From NCBI GenBank assembly GCA_026390585.1, contig JAPLFP010000360.1, positions 1,483 through 65,482 on the forward strand: a stretch of 64,000 nt of DNA, written 5' to 3'. Below are positions 36,985 to 47,282 of the stretch, piece after piece (position 1 is the stretch's first letter; each line of letters starts with the position of its first letter). The DNA is from Ignavibacteriales bacterium. GTDB lineage: Bacteria; Bacteroidota; Ignavibacteria; UBA10030. Position numbers and translations under genes: made by a program. The notes beneath the pieces were generated by a model. That model had not been told where the DNA came from. It saw only the letters and a program-made list of their open reading frames with translations, and ran no database searches.

Positions 36985-37542
36985 TCATTCGCACGGAGAT
37001 CGGTTTTCTCCGAACACGAGTGTTTCTCCCGTCCAAATTTTGCCGAGGGCACGGCGATGGATTTTCATCCGTCCAATCGCCGGGTCGCGCACGACAAAGA
37101 ATCCAGCGCTGTCCACACTATCGGCCACCACAAAGTGCCGGTTCTCCACAAAGAGGATCACGGGAAACCGGCTTCTGCAAAGAGCGTCCAGGTCTAGCCT
37201 CCAGCCCTCCGCCCGTAATCCACTTTGTTCTGCAAGCCCTTTGAGTGATTGCATGCTCCATCCACCATAAGAAGTATCACTGCGTTTTTCCAATTCACCG
37301 AGCTGCACTTTCTTCCCGTGAGCATCGAGAATCATTTTCAGCGCCGCCGGACCACAGGTGTTGCTCTTGTCCTGCATGATCACCCCCTCTATTCCCAAAT
37401 ACGATCCACCCCGCTCGTGAGCGGCGATCTCGTAACCGCTTCTCGGGTCAGAGAATCTTACCGCTACGGCAAGGGCAAACCCCGCCACTAAAAACACCAC
37501 AACACAAATGGTGATAACTGTTTTAATTTGTACGAGGAACAT
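36985..37542 (-). CDS. standalone C39 cysteine peptidase with N-terminal membrane anchor/signal
   Basis: MQDKSNTCGPAALKMIL (Gln/Cys), HFVV (His), RDPAIG (Asp), WTG; no ABC domains. Confidence 0.9.
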   Translation of the reverse strand: MFLVQIKTVITICVVVFLVAGFALAVAVRFSDPRSGYEIAAHERGGSYLGIEGVIMQDKSNTCGPAALKMILDAHGKKVQLGELEKRSDTSYGGWSMQSLKGLAEQSGLRAEGWRLDLDALCRSRFPVILFVENRHFVVADSVDSAGFFVVRDPAIGRMKIHRRALGKIWTGETLVFGENRSPCE

Positions 37543-37548
37543 GTATAG

Positions 37549-38157
37549 CTACTTTCGGATCTTTTCAGTGTTTTCTGCTGCTGTCAACGGACCTTTGGCC
37601 ACCAGTGCAGACAACCGACGGAAGAGCTCCGTCCTCGGCTGTTCGCCTACTCCGACCCATTCTATTCTCTGATTCTCGTTCACCAGGAAAATGGCCGGCA
37701 CCTCCGAAACGCCGAACAGTTTCCCCACAATCCCCTTTTCATCGACGTGGACTTTTGTCCTGACGTCATGCGTTCGGACAAATGATTCGGCTTTTTGCTT
37801 ATCATTAAGTGCAATGGCAACGAAACCAACATCCGATCCGAAACGTCTCTCCGCCTCGTTGAAAATTGGGATTTCGTTCTGACAGTGCGGACAGTCAACG
37901 CTGAAGAAAAGAATCGCGGCCCGCTTTTCACTGATGCCTGCGAGTAACGCACCTCCCGGGTCAACACCATTCAACCCCGCAGTAGGAATTGAATCGCCTG
38001 CACGAAGCATCCGCAAATTTGTCGATCGCTGCAGCACAACAAGAAAGAACGCGGGAACGGCGAGGAGCGCCACCAAACCCACGGTCGCAAGGGTCTTCCG
38101 AATGAGGGATTCTCGATATGATTGATCTGTCGGTGCCGCCGGAGAAGAAGCATCCAT
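37549..38157 (-). CDS. membrane-anchored TlpA/redoxin-like thiol-disulfide oxidoreductase
   Basis: TM helix, FFSVDCPHCQNE, FGVSEVPAIFLV (cis-Pro). Confidence 0.85.
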   Translation of the reverse strand: MDASSPAAPTDQSYRESLIRKTLATVGLVALLAVPAFFLVVLQRSTNLRMLRAGDSIPTAGLNGVDPGGALLAGISEKRAAILFFSVDCPHCQNEIPIFNEAERRFGSDVGFVAIALNDKQKAESFVRTHDVRTKVHVDEKGIVGKLFGVSEVPAIFLVNENQRIEWVGVGEQPRTELFRRLSALVAKGPLTAAENTEKIRK

Positions 38158-38228
38158 CGTCTGCCTCGCAATGCGGGTGACGCGTGGTAAGAACGCTCTG
38201 AGGGTAAGTGGTGCGGGGTGCTCGCCGC

Positions 38229-38292
38229 AATCTACAGAATTCCAAACCTCATGTCAAGTATTTTTGCGGAAGAGATCGGGGTTTTTGCGGAA
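38229..38292 (-). promoter_or_regulatory. sigma70 promoter with upstream 11-bp direct repeats (21-bp period)
   Basis: Minus strand TTCCGCAAAAA-N10-TTCCGCAAAAA-3 nt-TTGACA-17 nt-TAGATT. Confidence 0.65.
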
Positions 38293-38363
38293 AATCTCTT
38301 GGCCGGAAAAGGCCAACGCGAAATTAGACAAACCCGATGTTTCTTGGAAACGCGGAAAATGAT

Positions 38364-40181
38364 TTATTCGATGGGTTCAGCGCCGAGTTCGCGGCGAAGC
38401 GCAAGGATCACCGGGTGTTCAGACCCAGAACCACCTCCCGGTGTGTGTGTCTGGTGTGTTGGCGGTAGTGTTGAAATTTCTAGTCTGACTGTCGCTGCCG
38501 GTGTAGCGGCATTATGCTCTGACGGCACGTGCAACACTGGTTCTATACGAAGCTTCAGGCCTGTCACCCTGTAGAAGGAATCGACAAGAAAGTCCTTGTG
38601 ACGTTTCAACGACGAGAAGTGGTAATCGTCCGGGCATGCAATACGAAGTACTCCATCGGTTACATCAAGGATGTTGCTCTCTCCTAGAATTGTCCCGATG
38701 CCAATTTTTGTCTTCCGCACGTCGCTCACCCATTGTTGCCACTGCTCGTACGCTTCCTCCACGGTAACCCTTTTCATCGGCTCAACCATCCTCGGCGGTT
38801 CGGTTGCCTGCATGGGGGTGGCCGGACTGCTGGGCAATGGTACGGACGTTATCGTTGTGCTTTGGGCCGAGAATGGCTGTTGGGGTTCCTCGAGTGGGGC
38901 CGAGGTTGTTACGCTTGCGGATACGTTTCGCAGTCTTCCAGCGTTGACTTGACCAACAACCTTTAGTTCTGTGGAAGGTTGACTTGCTGGCGCCACCCGG
39001 AGCCCTGGTCCGCGACTGTCATTGTTGATGCCGCTACTGTTAAGTTTTTTTTTCAGTTCATCAATCTGACCCAATAGGGTGTCGATCTGCACGGAACGCT
39101 CAAGCTTGATCATTTGCAGTAATCCTGCTTCCAGCTTAAACCTGGGTTGCGGTGACCAGCGAATCGACTGCTCCAAATCATTTACCAGCTTAATCAGGCG
39201 TAGAATATCGTTTTGACGAAACTGCTTTGCTTCTTCCTGATACCGTTTTCGGTATGGTTCAGAAGCTTCCACAAGTTCCGTCGATTCGGTTGTCAGGACA
39301 ACAAGCACATTTCTCAGGTGTTCTGACAATCCACCGAGAAATTCGCGGAGGTCGTACCCGCTCTTGACAACCTCGTCTACGAGTTCCAGTCCACCCTTTA
39401 CGTCTTGCGTTTTGATGAGGTCTGTAACGCGGAAGTACAGTTCTTGATCGACCGCGTTGAGCACTTTCAGGACGTCTGCCGCCGTGATTTCACTGCCACA
39501 AAAAGCCCGAATTTGATCAAAAATGCTCTGCGCATCGCGGAGCGCCCCATCGGCTTTCTTGGCAACAATCATCAATGCCTCTTCATCGATTTTCACCTTC
39601 TCCTCTTTCGCGATCGCACGAAGGTTGCCTGTGATTTCCTCGATGGATATTCTCCGGAAATCAAACCGCTGACATCGGGAGAGGATGGTCATCGGAATCT
39701 TATGCACTTCGGTTGTCGCAAAGATGAAGATGACATGCTCGGGCGGCTCTTCGAGCGTTTTGAGAAGTGCGTTAAATGCCTCTTTCGTGAGCATGTGCAC
39801 TTCATCGATAATGTACACCTTGTATTTTCCGCGGGTGGGTGTGTAGCGAACCGACTCTCGAAGGTTGCGAATTTCTTCAACCCCGCGGTTGGATGCTCCG
39901 TCTATTTCGATGACATCGAGACTTCGACCGGCGGTGATCTCTTTGCAAATTTCGCACTCGTTATCCGGGTTGGTATCCTTCGGCGACGAACAGTTGATAG
40001 CCTTTGCGAGGATGCGTGCGGTTGTAGTCTTGCCTGTGCCACGAGCACCACTAAAAAGGTACGCGTGCGCCAACCGCTTCGATGTGATCGCATTGCGCAG
40101 GGTATTCGTGACGTGCGACTGGCCGACGACATCTTCAAACACCAGCGGACGCCATTTACGGGCTGTAACCTGGTAGGACAT
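38364..40181 (-). CDS. dnaX: DNA polymerase III subunit gamma/tau
   Basis: [42 protein letters not shown]; start trimmed to MSYQ. Confidence 0.97.
   Translation of the reverse strand: MSYQVTARKWRPLVFEDVVGQSHVTNTLRNAITSKRLAHAYLFSGARGTGKTTTARILAKAINCSSPKDTNPDNECEICKEITAGRSLDVIEIDGASNRGVEEIRNLRESVRYTPTRGKYKVYIIDEVHMLTKEAFNALLKTLEEPPEHVIFIFATTEVHKIPMTILSRCQRFDFRRISIEEITGNLRAIAKEEKVKIDEEALMIVAKKADGALRDAQSIFDQIRAFCGSEITAADVLKVLNAVDQELYFRVTDLIKTQDVKGGLELVDEVVKSGYDLREFLGGLSEHLRNVLVVLTTESTELVEASEPYRKRYQEEAKQFRQNDILRLIKLVNDLEQSIRWSPQPRFKLEAGLLQMIKLERSVQIDTLLGQIDELKKKLNSSGINNDSRGPGLRVAPASQPSTELKVVGQVNAGRLRNVSASVTTSAPLEEPQQPFSAQSTTITSVPLPSSPATPMQATEPPRMVEPMKRVTVEEAYEQWQQWVSDVRKTKIGIGTILGESNILDVTDGVLRIACPDDYHFSSLKRHKDFLVDSFYRVTGLKLRIEPVLHVPSEHNAATPAATVRLEISTLPPTHQTHTPGGGSGSEHPVILALRRELGAEPIE
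39040..39053 (-). other. A9 slippage/frameshift site in dnaX with adjacent alternative-frame stop
   Basis: CTG AAA AAA AAA CTT AAC; one extra A (or a -1 shift) gives AAA ACT TAA. Confidence 0.6.
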
Positions 40182-40246
40182 GCTGACTCGAAAGTAAGAA
40201 GTAAACTGCAAAAATCAAACTGGTGCCCTGCGGGGGCGCCCATTAC

Positions 40247-42652
40247 TTATAAGGAGCGTTTCGTTTTCTTCTCGAACACAATGGCTGCAGCTTCTTCGAT
40301 GGTCTCTACCGGAATGATCTTCAGCCCTTCCTTTACCTTCTCCTGGATTTCGCTAAGATCTTTCATGTTCTCCTTCGGTATGATCACCGTTTTGATTCCA
40401 CTGCGTTGCGCGGCGAGGAGTTTTTCATTTAATCCACCGATGGGCAATACGTTGCCCCGAAGCGTAATCTCGCCCGTCATCGCAATGTCATTGCGCGCCG
40501 GTCGGTTGCTTGCAGCCGAGATCATGGCCATCGCCATCGTCACACCCGCAGAGGGTCCGTCCTTTGGAATGGCCCCCTCCGGGAGGTGAATGTGAATTTC
40601 TTTCCCTTTAGTGAACTCTGGGTTTATGCCAAACCGTTTCGCATTCGAACGGATGTAGCTTAATGCCGCCTGCGCCGATTCTTTCATGACCTCGCCAAGC
40701 TGACCCGTGAGCGTAAGCTTTTGAGTCCCCGTCATAATTGTGACGTCCACGTTCAGGATGTCTCCGCCGACACTTGTCCACGCCAACCCCGTCACCGAGC
40801 CAACCCGACGCTCTCGCTCAGCTTCTTTCTTCCGGAACTTCGGCACGCCAAGATACTGCTCGATTTTCTCCGGCGTGATCGTCATGCCGCCCGGGATTTT
40901 CTTCTTTTTCGGCGCACCGTTTTTTCTCCGCGCAAGCACAATTTCTTTTGCAGCTTTCCGGCAAACCGATGCTACTTCCCGCTCAAGGTTCCGGACACCA
41001 GCCTCCCTGGTGTATTCGTTGATGATCTTGTCTATAGCAGCGTCAGTGAACCGCACCTCTTTCTCGGGGAGACCGTGTGCCTTCAGCTGTTTTGGTATGA
41101 TGTGCCTCTTTCCTATTTCCCGTTTGTCGTAATCCAGATAGCCCGGTAACTCAATAATTTCCATGCGGTCCTGAAGCGGCAGGGGAATTGCATACTGCAC
41201 GTTTGCCGTCGTAATGAACATCACTTTGGAAAGGTCGTAATCGACATCAAGGTAGTGATCCGTGAAGGTGTTGTTCTGCTCGGAGTCAAGAACTTCAAGC
41301 AGCGCGGCGGATGGATCTCCACGGAAATCCATGCTCATCTTATCAACCTCATCCATGAGGAGGACGGGGTTAACGACACCGGCTCGTTTCATCGACTGAA
41401 TGATCTTGCCCGGCATGGAACCGATATACGTCCGCCGATGACCGCGAATCTCAGCCTCATCTCGGACACCGCCGAGCGAAATGCGAACGAACTTGCGACC
41501 AAGCGCCCGGGCAATCGACTTCGCTAGCGAGGTTTTCCCAACGCCTGGAGGACCCACAAAACAAAGGATCTGGCCCTTCATTTCTTTGACAAGGTTGAGA
41601 ACCGCGATATGCTCGAGGATTCGGTCTTTCGGCTTTTCGAGCCCGAAGTGGTCATCGTTCAAAATCTTCTGCACATGCTCAATATCAAGGTTGTCTTTCG
41701 TTCTTTTTGCCCACGGAACAGCGATGAGCCAATCAAGGTAGTTACGCGTAACGGTGAACTCCGGAGACATCGGCGGCGTCTTTCTGAGTTTGTTGAACTC
41801 CTCCATCGCCTTGTCTTCAGCCTCTTTCGGCATCTTCGCCTTCTGAATCTGCTCCTTGAGTTTGATCAACTCCGGCGACGCGTCGTCTTCGCCGAGTTCG
41901 TCTTGCAGGATCCGTATTTGCTCCTGAATGAAGAACTTCCGTTGAGACTTCTGGATGTTGTCTTGAACTTTTGTGTCGATCTCGCGTTCAATCTTAAGGA
42001 TGTCGATCTCTGTTGTCAGAATTTTCGACAGTTCATACAGCTGTTCCCGGAGGTGTTGCGTCTGAAGGATGCGCTGTTTCACATCCACGCTCTGGACCAG
42101 GTTCGCGGCAATATAATAGAGTTTCCGGGCGGGCTCTTTGATCCCGTCGAACGCCATCAACACTTCCGGTGGCACATTTCGGCTGAGTTTGACATATTCC
42201 TGAAAAAGAGTCGCTGCGTGCCTCACCAGGGCGTCAACGTCGTGTCCTGCCGGCGCCTCCGATTTATTGATAATGAGCTCCGCTTCGATAAATGCTGCGT
42301 TTGGCACATACTTCTTCACGGTCGCCTGGACAACCCCATCCACCAGAATCTTCATTAATCCGTTGGGGAGTTTCAGCATCTGAATGATCTTTGCAACGGT
42401 CCCCTGTTGGTAGATGTCGTCCACGGTTGGTTCGTCGATCGCGGCGCTCTTTTGCGCAACGAGAAAGATATTCTTTCCCCGTTCAAGGGCTTCATTCGCT
42501 GCCTTCAACGAGCTTTCCCGGCCAACCAGCACCGGAAAGATCATGTAGGGGAAAACCACAACATCTCTCAGCGGAAGTACCGGGAGGGTTGTTGGAATGT
42601 TGTCGATAGTCTCTATTGTCGTGTCGCTGAATTTTACCGGTGTCTCGCTCAT
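40247..42652 (-). CDS. lon: ATP-dependent protease La
   Basis: [43 protein letters not shown]. Confidence 0.98.
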   Translation of the reverse strand: MSETPVKFSDTTIETIDNIPTTLPVLPLRDVVVFPYMIFPVLVGRESSLKAANEALERGKNIFLVAQKSAAIDEPTVDDIYQQGTVAKIIQMLKLPNGLMKILVDGVVQATVKKYVPNAAFIEAELIINKSEAPAGHDVDALVRHAATLFQEYVKLSRNVPPEVLMAFDGIKEPARKLYYIAANLVQSVDVKQRILQTQHLREQLYELSKILTTEIDILKIEREIDTKVQDNIQKSQRKFFIQEQIRILQDELGEDDASPELIKLKEQIQKAKMPKEAEDKAMEEFNKLRKTPPMSPEFTVTRNYLDWLIAVPWAKRTKDNLDIEHVQKILNDDHFGLEKPKDRILEHIAVLNLVKEMKGQILCFVGPPGVGKTSLAKSIARALGRKFVRISLGGVRDEAEIRGHRRTYIGSMPGKIIQSMKRAGVVNPVLLMDEVDKMSMDFRGDPSAALLEVLDSEQNNTFTDHYLDVDYDLSKVMFITTANVQYAIPLPLQDRMEIIELPGYLDYDKREIGKRHIIPKQLKAHGLPEKEVRFTDAAIDKIINEYTREAGVRNLEREVASVCRKAAKEIVLARRKNGAPKKKKIPGGMTITPEKIEQYLGVPKFRKKEAERERRVGSVTGLAWTSVGGDILNVDVTIMTGTQKLTLTGQLGEVMKESAQAALSYIRSNAKRFGINPEFTKGKEIHIHLPEGAIPKDGPSAGVTMAMAMISAASNRPARNDIAMTGEITLRGNVLPIGGLNEKLLAAQRSGIKTVIIPKENMKDLSEIQEKVKEGLKIIPVETIEEAAAIVFEKKTKRSL

Positions 42653-42850
42653 AATCGTGTCTTTTGCTTCACTCTCGTCCCTAAAACAAAAAGAGTCCCG
42701 GGTGTCGGGACACTATCGTGTAGGGAAAATATACCCACAAATGGCAGGAGAAGCAAGGTGGTATCCATAGGCGTTTTTGCATTCCCCCGCCCAGGGTTCA
42801 AGTGTTGATTCGTCCTTCAATTTTCGTTATCGTGCACCGGACAAGCCACA

Positions 42851-43555
42851 ATGTCTCCAAAAGAAGATTCCTCCCCGTCCATTTCGTTTGCAAGCGACCA
42901 TTCGTTGCTTGTGGTTTTCGGCAACGGGGTTTCCCGCGACATTCATCACAATGTTCAAAGACTCTTCAAGCTTCTGCAGTCTAGACCCCCTGCTGGATTG
43001 CGTAACATCCACCCTGCGTACAATTCGGTTCTCGTTTCGTTCGATCCGCTTGTTGTACCGCCGAAAGAATTCGAATTGCATGTTACCTCTCTCCTTGATC
43101 TGCTCAATTCGGTCCTCCTTACCTCTCCGCGCTTGGTTCAGATCCCGGTATGCTATGACAGATCGCTTGCGCCCGATCTTGAATTTGTAGCAAGCCACAC
43201 CGGGCTAGCCGTCGACGATGTTATTCAGCTCCACGCTTCGGTGGAATATCTTGTCTACTTCATTGGATTCACGCCGGGATTTCCGTATCTCGGCGAACTT
43301 CCGGACCGGCTTGCGACCCCGCGACTTGCAGCACCACGTTTGTGCGTGCCCGAGGGAAGCGTCGCGATCGGCGGAAGGCAGACCGGCATTTATTCTCTCC
43401 CGTCACCCGGCGGATGGCGGGTTATAGGACGGACACCTTTGAAGCTGTTCCGACCTCGGGAAAGTTTCCCGACGCTTCTGGAAATTGGTGATCAGGTTAG
43501 ATTCAGACCCGTTTCGCTCCAAGAGTTCAATGACATGATGAAGAAAGCAAAATAG
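42851..43555 (+). CDS. pxpB: 5-oxoprolinase subunit PxpB
   Basis: PAYNSVLV, IPVCYD, IGFTPGFPYLG, GSVAIGG.QTGIY, SPGGW.VIGRTP. Confidence 0.92.
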   Translation: MSPKEDSSPSISFASDHSLLVVFGNGVSRDIHHNVQRLFKLLQSRPPAGLRNIHPAYNSVLVSFDPLVVPPKEFELHVTSLLDLLNSVLLTSPRLVQIPVCYDRSLAPDLEFVASHTGLAVDDVIQLHASVEYLVYFIGFTPGFPYLGELPDRLATPRLAAPRLCVPEGSVAIGGRQTGIYSLPSPGGWRVIGRTPLKLFRPRESFPTLLEIGDQVRFRPVSLQEFNDMMKKAK

Positions 43556-43558
43556 TCA

Positions 43559-44521
43559 GTGGAAAACCCATCACACCATATGGGGTCGCTGAACGTGCTT
43601 TCTCCTGGATTTTTGACAACCGTCCAGGATCTGGGCCGCGATCATTATGCCCATCTGGGTCTTTCCCCATCCGGCGCTGCCGATGCCGTGTCCCTGCGCC
43701 TTGGCAATCTCCTCGTTGGTAACCCACCCAATGCCGCGGCTCTTGAAATGACTCTTGTCGGGGCGACCATTGTATTCAACTCAGATTGCGCAATTGCCTT
43801 GGTGGGTTCGGACTTCGGGGCCACGCTCGACGGTTGCGCTGTTCCTCGTTGGCAGACAGTGTTTGTACAATCGAGACAAACTCTCCGCTGCGGATCTGCC
43901 GCTTCCGGTGCGCGGTGCTATCTTTGTGTTGGGGGTGGCATCCTGGCTGAGATAATTATGTCGAGTTCATCCACGCATCTCCAGATAGCCCTCGGTGGAA
44001 ACCGGGGCGGGCCACTCAGATCGGGTGACACCTTCGAATTCAGCGGCAGTGGTCCTCATCGGGCTCTCACTGTGAAACCGTCGGTGCTTGAAGATCTCTT
44101 CACGGCGGGTCCTCTCCGCGTCACAGGGGGGCCACAAGTACATTTGTTCAGCGCCATGGAGCAATCTCTCTTTTCGTCCTCAATATATATAGTAGAAGAG
44201 GAATCAAACAGAATGGGGTTGCGGCTTTCCGGACCCCCACTCATTGAAACTATTCGCGAGGAGATGCTAACCGAGGGTATTTCTGTTGGCGCGATCCAGG
44301 TTCCGCCCAGCGGCAAACCAATCATCCTCTTTGTGGAACACCCAACGACAGGAGGCTACCCAAAGATCGCAAATGTCATTTCTGCTGACATGCATCGTGT
44401 TGGTCAGCTGCAGCCCAGAAACGACGTACGTTTCGAATTCGTTACGGTTAATGCGGCCATCTCCCTGCTCCATGAACGAGAAACCATCCTCAAGTCAGAG
44501 AACTGCTTGCAGCCGATATAG
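43559..44521 (+). CDS. pxpC: 5-oxoprolinase subunit PxpC
   Basis: TTVQDLGR, LLVGN, GARCYL, SNRMGLRL, GAIQVPPSG.PI, TGGYPKIA. Confidence 0.92.
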   Translation: MENPSHHMGSLNVLSPGFLTTVQDLGRDHYAHLGLSPSGAADAVSLRLGNLLVGNPPNAAALEMTLVGATIVFNSDCAIALVGSDFGATLDGCAVPRWQTVFVQSRQTLRCGSAASGARCYLCVGGGILAEIIMSSSSTHLQIALGGNRGGPLRSGDTFEFSGSGPHRALTVKPSVLEDLFTAGPLRVTGGPQVHLFSAMEQSLFSSSIYIVEEESNRMGLRLSGPPLIETIREEMLTEGISVGAIQVPPSGKPIILFVEHPTTGGYPKIANVISADMHRVGQLQPRNDVRFEFVTVNAAISLLHERETILKSENCLQPI

Positions 44522-44529
44522 GGAGTATT

Positions 44530-45759
44530 GTGTACTCAGAACTCAGAACGATATCGCGGGAACAATGGAAAACGCTCATCGCTGCACAGCTTGGGTGGAC
44601 GCTTGACGCAATGGATGTTATGTTCTATGCTTTTGCTCTTGGCGCAATTCAAAATGAATTTTCGCTCTCTTCGTCGCAAGCGGGTCTTTTGGCGTCTGTG
44701 ACCCTTGTCGCATCTGCGCTTGGCGGCATTGGCTTTGGCGTTCTTGCTGATCATATGGGGCGCGCACGTTCTTTGATGTTCTCCATTTTGCTCTACTCGC
44801 TCTTCACATCTCTCACAGCAACCGCCGGATCTTTGTGGGAATTGGTTCTTTGGCGCGCGCTGGTTGGTCTGGGGATGGGTGGAGAATGGTCGGCCGGTTC
44901 GGTGCTGGTCTCCGAAACATGGCCATCAAAGCATCGTGCGAAGGCCATCGGATTCATGCAGGCTGGCTGGGCTGTTGGCTATATCTTGGCCGCCGTGCTC
45001 GCCGGCTTGATTCTGCCCCAATTCGGGTGGCGCGTTCTTTTCCTTCTTGGCATCCTGCCGGCGTTCTTCACACTGTGGATTCGCCGGAACATTCAAGAAC
45101 CAGAGATCTGGAAGTCAAGACTCAACAACCCCCCGACTGCGCATGTGAAGATCTCTTTTGAGATACTTCGTCCTCCGCTTCTCAGTAAGACCCTGCTCGG
45201 TTCTTTGATCGCGATGGTTGTCCTGTTTGCGTACTGGGGTTTGTTCAGCTGGATGCCTTCGTTTCTCGCCCGCGCTGTCGATCAGGGGGGTGCAGGACTT
45301 GGAATTGTGAGGAGCTCTGCATGGATTATTCCCATGCAGGTGGGTGCGTTTTTCGGTTATGTGTCCTTTGGCTTTTTCGCAGATCGTTTCGGCCGACGAC
45401 CGGTGTTTGCTTTGTTCCTTGCTTGCGCGGCAATCCTTGTGCCCGTGTATGGTCAATTAGTACGACACGAGGTCTTGCTTCTTGTGCTTGGTCCGTTGAT
45501 TGGATTCTTCGGGCATGGGTACTTCAGCGTCTTTGGCGTGCTCCTGTCTGAACTCTTCCCCACTCATATTCGTGGAACGGCGCAGGGATTGGTGTATAAT
45601 GTTGGCCGAGCATTCAGCGCCCTTGCTCCATATACTGTCGGGGCGCTCGCTGATGTCTATGGCATCGGTAGCGCACTGGCAATCACCTCTGCGTTTTTCC
45701 TGGCGGGTGCATTGATGATTTTCCTTCTTCCGGAAACGCTTGGTAAGGGGCTTCAATAA
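44530..45759 (+). CDS. MFS transporter (SHS/organic-acid type)
   Basis: GWTLDAMD, ADHMGR, GLGMGGEW, ADRFGRR, ELFPTHIRG, LPET. Confidence 0.92.
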   Translation: MYSELRTISREQWKTLIAAQLGWTLDAMDVMFYAFALGAIQNEFSLSSSQAGLLASVTLVASALGGIGFGVLADHMGRARSLMFSILLYSLFTSLTATAGSLWELVLWRALVGLGMGGEWSAGSVLVSETWPSKHRAKAIGFMQAGWAVGYILAAVLAGLILPQFGWRVLFLLGILPAFFTLWIRRNIQEPEIWKSRLNNPPTAHVKISFEILRPPLLSKTLLGSLIAMVVLFAYWGLFSWMPSFLARAVDQGGAGLGIVRSSAWIIPMQVGAFFGYVSFGFFADRFGRRPVFALFLACAAILVPVYGQLVRHEVLLLVLGPLIGFFGHGYFSVFGVLLSELFPTHIRGTAQGLVYNVGRAFSALAPYTVGALADVYGIGSALAITSAFFLAGALMIFLLPETLGKGLQ

Positions 45760-45781
45760 CAACATTACATCTGAGCCACTC

Positions 45782-46549
45782 ATGTCACCTGAAAGCAATT
45801 GTATTGACATCAACGCAGATGTTGGGGAGCGAACGGAGGCCCTTCTTGACGGCTCGGAGGAGCGACTCCTTCGGGTTGTCACGTCGGCCAATATCGCTTG
45901 CGGGGGCCACGCCGGGAATTCTGACTCAATGCGCTCGGTGGTAAGGTTGTGTCAATCTCTCGGGGTTTCTATCGGTGCCCACCCTGGTTATCCCGACAGA
46001 CAAGGGTTTGGACGCTCAAGGCTCAATATGCCGTTGTCAGAGATCGAGGTTTCACTGGTAGAACAGATAAGCTCCCTCCTTGAAATCGCGTCTCTCTGCG
46101 GGGCAAACGTCCATCACGTGAAACCACATGGGGCCCTTTATAACGCGGCTGCAAGCGATAATGATCTCGCGGCTACAATCGCGCGAGCCACTGCTATCGT
46201 CGATCGCAACCTGATGCTGGTGGGACTCGCTGGTTCGCTGATGCTTGACGTATGGCGGGATTTCGGGTTTTCGGTTATTGCGGAGGCGTTTGCTGATCGA
46301 CGCTACGAAGCCGATGGAACTCTACGCTCCAGGGGTCTTCCGGGTGCATTGATTGTCGATCCGCTTGAAGCTGCGGCGCAGGTATTGCTTATGGTAAAAG
46401 AGCGGGCCGTTGAGAGCTTTAACGGAAGCACTGTTCAACTCAGCGCACAAACAATTTGTATCCACGGTGACACGTCAAATGCCGCGCTTATCGCAGGTGC
46501 TGTTCGGCGGGCATTGGAGCGGTCTGGTGTTGTTTTAAGATCTTTCTAA
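45782..46549 (+). CDS. pxpA: 5-oxoprolinase subunit PxpA (LamB/YcsF)
   Basis: DINADVGE, SANIACGGHAG, GAHPGYPD, VKPHGALYN, EAFADRRY, ICIHGD. Confidence 0.93.
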   Translation: MSPESNCIDINADVGERTEALLDGSEERLLRVVTSANIACGGHAGNSDSMRSVVRLCQSLGVSIGAHPGYPDRQGFGRSRLNMPLSEIEVSLVEQISSLLEIASLCGANVHHVKPHGALYNAAASDNDLAATIARATAIVDRNLMLVGLAGSLMLDVWRDFGFSVIAEAFADRRYEADGTLRSRGLPGALIVDPLEAAAQVLLMVKERAVESFNGSTVQLSAQTICIHGDTSNAALIAGAVRRALERSGVVLRSF

Positions 46550-47265
46550 CCCATCGCTTCGTTCAAGAAACGAACAAGCGGCGTTGCTGCTTCGAACACT
46601 TCCGCTACATCGGTAATAAATTTCTCTCTGAAGCTTCTGGCCTCGCCCCATTCAACCCAGACAAAGAATTGTTTATGCTTGAGCCATTCGGCCATCGGGT
46701 GGTCTGGTTCGTACCCTTGCGGCACCCGCTGTAGCTTCTCTCCCTGGAGACGTTTGAAGGTCGTCTTGAATTGCTTCTGTTCAAGAACCGAAAGGAAGCG
46801 GTCGGGCTGACCAGCAATAGCTTTACGGATTTTCTTGAGCTGGTCGCCGTCGGGCATATAGACGCCACCACCGAGGAAAACCTCCCCTGGTTCGATGTGC
46901 AGATAGAATCCGGAGCCTTCAACGCCCTTCGGTTTCCCACGCAAAACAAAATGTGCTGCAACGTGGGTCTTGTAGGGCGTTTTGTCTTTGCTGAAGCGAA
47001 CATCGCGATAGATGCGAAAGAGCGATTTCTTCGGATGGATGTCGAATTCCGGCGCAAACACCTCAAGATGAGGCTGAAGCGCGGCAATAAGAGATTGCAT
47101 CGGAAGTTTGACGAGCGTCTCGTACTCTTCTTTGTGCCTCTCGAACCACAAGCGGTTGTTGTTCCGCTTCAGGCGTTTCATGAAATCAATTCCGTCGCGC
47201 GGAAACCCACCAAAGGGCGGGAAGAATTCCAGGTCAGAAAGAGGTATCTCTTTTCCTTTTGCCAT
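46546..47265 (-). CDS. DUF2461 family protein
   Basis: LKRNNNR.WF, FRIYRDVRFSKDKTPYK, FYLHIEPG. Confidence 0.9.
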   Translation of the reverse strand: MAKGKEIPLSDLEFFPPFGGFPRDGIDFMKRLKRNNNRLWFERHKEEYETLVKLPMQSLIAALQPHLEVFAPEFDIHPKKSLFRIYRDVRFSKDKTPYKTHVAAHFVLRGKPKGVEGSGFYLHIEPGEVFLGGGVYMPDGDQLKKIRKAIAGQPDRFLSVLEQKQFKTTFKRLQGEKLQRVPQGYEPDHPMAEWLKHKQFFVWVEWGEARSFREKFITDVAEVFEAATPLVRFLNEAMG

Positions 47266-47282
47266 TTCACCGTCCCTATCCC

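Noticed and set aside
39405-40589. Long antisense ORFs (also 3691-4461, 4883-5704, 41609-42358, 63056-63751)
   Set aside because: Shadows of well-conserved genes on the opposite strand, with no recognisable motifs or SD sites.
46109-46125. CACGTGAAAC parS-like sequence in pxpA
   Set aside because: Only half the palindrome, and explained by the conserved HVKPHG codons.
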